The notes under the pieces: model-generated
Database searches by the model: none
Told to the model about the DNA's origin: nothing
The model's input: the letters and a program-made list of their open reading frames with translations, nothing else
Shown: positions 62,567 to 64,000 of the stretch, piece by piece
How the letters are laid out: every line of letters starts with the position of its first letter
Position numbering within the stretch: the stretch's first letter is position 1
Position numbers and translations under genes: made by a program
NCBI RefSeq assembly: GCF_964355755.1
Contig: NC_092679.1
Coordinates: 6,230,201-6,294,200, forward strand
From: Antedon mediterranea
Lineage: Eukaryota; Animalia; Echinodermata
Direction of reading: 5' to 3'
DNA: 64,000 nt

Positions 62567-64000
62567 TAATGCTTTGAAAGTCCTAAGTGATAAAACATCA
62601 TATAATGACGTCACGTCAAGTTCAGGCAGTTACCGATGTGCATAAGATCAAGTATGAATGTTTAGTAAGCAGATCGAACCAAGAAAAGCACTCAGCCACG
62701 ATACCATTCCTCATCTGTATCCTACTGCCTCTGTAATGAGAATCAATGCGTATCATCAAAATAACAACAAAGAGTGCAGCGTAATGATCTGCTGTATATA
62801 CAAACAAAATAAAGACAATTATCGTTCTGTTTTAGCAGACAATGCTTGCTGGTGGTACAGCTTGAAAGAAGCGGGTATCTCGACATACTGTACTCTTGTC
62901 GTTTCTCAACCTATTAGTCTTATAAATATCCGGAAAAGACCACTAAACGCAATTAAAATGTCAAGCAATCGGGTTAAAAGATTCCTTCCCGTCCAATCCT
63001 GCCCAACAAGTAGCCGCCTACATACAACGTCTAATAAATTGTATTCATCATATTATTAAGTACATTTATTCTTGGCCTTTGATCATAGTCGAACCGATGA
63101 CGCACATACGGCGTTCTTGGCTGTAAACCTGGATCAGATCGCTTCTATGTACTGCATTAGGTTTTTATAACACATTATTATACCCACAGAAATACATAAA
63201 TGTCGTAATTAGAATGAGTATAAACGGAACTATAAATCAAACAACCGGTCGCATAAATACTGTCCAAGGCAATCTAATAACATGATGCTGAACTCCGAAG
63301 ATCAAAATGTATATATCTGTGGCTGCAACACGATCAATTACACGCCCGCCTGACGCCGAGTATGTGCATAGTATACAGTACTGTTGGTATTTGTTTTTCG
63401 CAGCCAGCCATAAGATCAAAGGACCGTTACGAGTTCCTATCTTGGCAAGACGAGCTCAGTGTTTTTAGATTGTTTTGGTCTGACCAATATAGGCCTAAGT
63501 TGACAGAAGACAGAACGCACTATTTACCAGACGAGGCCTACCTTACCTATAACTCAAACGCACTCCTACTAGAGTAATACACCTGTTTAAGACACCATCA
63601 TACACTCGGCGTTCTATCGGCTCTAAGGCTTTTATAAATTACGGAATATAGTGTATTGCAGAATACATAAATAATTTATTGCACCAATCTACGCAATACA
63701 AGCAATTGAAATTTGATTTGAGTTTCATAGTCTGCAGGGAATACGGTATTGAATTATAATTGCGAGCGAGCGGCATGTCATGTAATACACTTTGGTTTTA
63801 GAAAATTATTATTTTATGTAAGGTTTTTGAAACAGCAGTTCCTTGTTGTACATAGACAATTTTCATCATGCGCTTGGGGGCGGGTGGAGTGTGGAGTGAG
63901 GGGAGAATCACCAGTGAACCAGAAAATAAACATGTAACACAGAACGAATTTGCTGGGTTTTTTTTGCACATTAATGGTTTAGGCTTCGAAAAGGGAGGAA

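Noticed and set aside
62658-63937. ORFs upstream of GALNT copy B
   Set aside because: No recognisable motifs or consistent exon structure; probably promoter, UTR or intron sequence.

Overview
AT-rich, intron-containing animal genomic DNA; the gene structures and repeat types suggest an invertebrate deuterostome, possibly an echinoderm (inference). Manually spliced genes with GT-AG introns and consistent phases are, in order: 3' part of SLC30A6/ZnT6 (+), SDHAF1 (+), GLO1 (-), MIS18BP1/KNL2 (+, with SANTA, CENP-C-like motif and SANT), PPP3R1/calcineurin B (-), UQCC3-like (+), C14orf119-like (-), GON7-like (+), a tandem pair of small unrecognised coiled-coil/transmembrane genes (+), and two tandem GALNT7-like polypeptide GalNAc transferases (-). 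Non-coding space holds many MITEs, a 2.6-kb non-autonomous PIF/Harbinger-like element, a 5'-truncated LINE, tRNA-derived elements, minisatellites, a ~175-bp satellite array and a 375-bp triplication. The best leads are the orphan membrane-anchored gene pair (largely missed by the ORF track), TAGGCCTA clusters in first introns, a divergent twin tRNA-like element and a 36-bp TIR-only micro-element. No CRISPR or prokaryotic system is present. All calls come from reading the sequence and recalling protein families; no database search was run.
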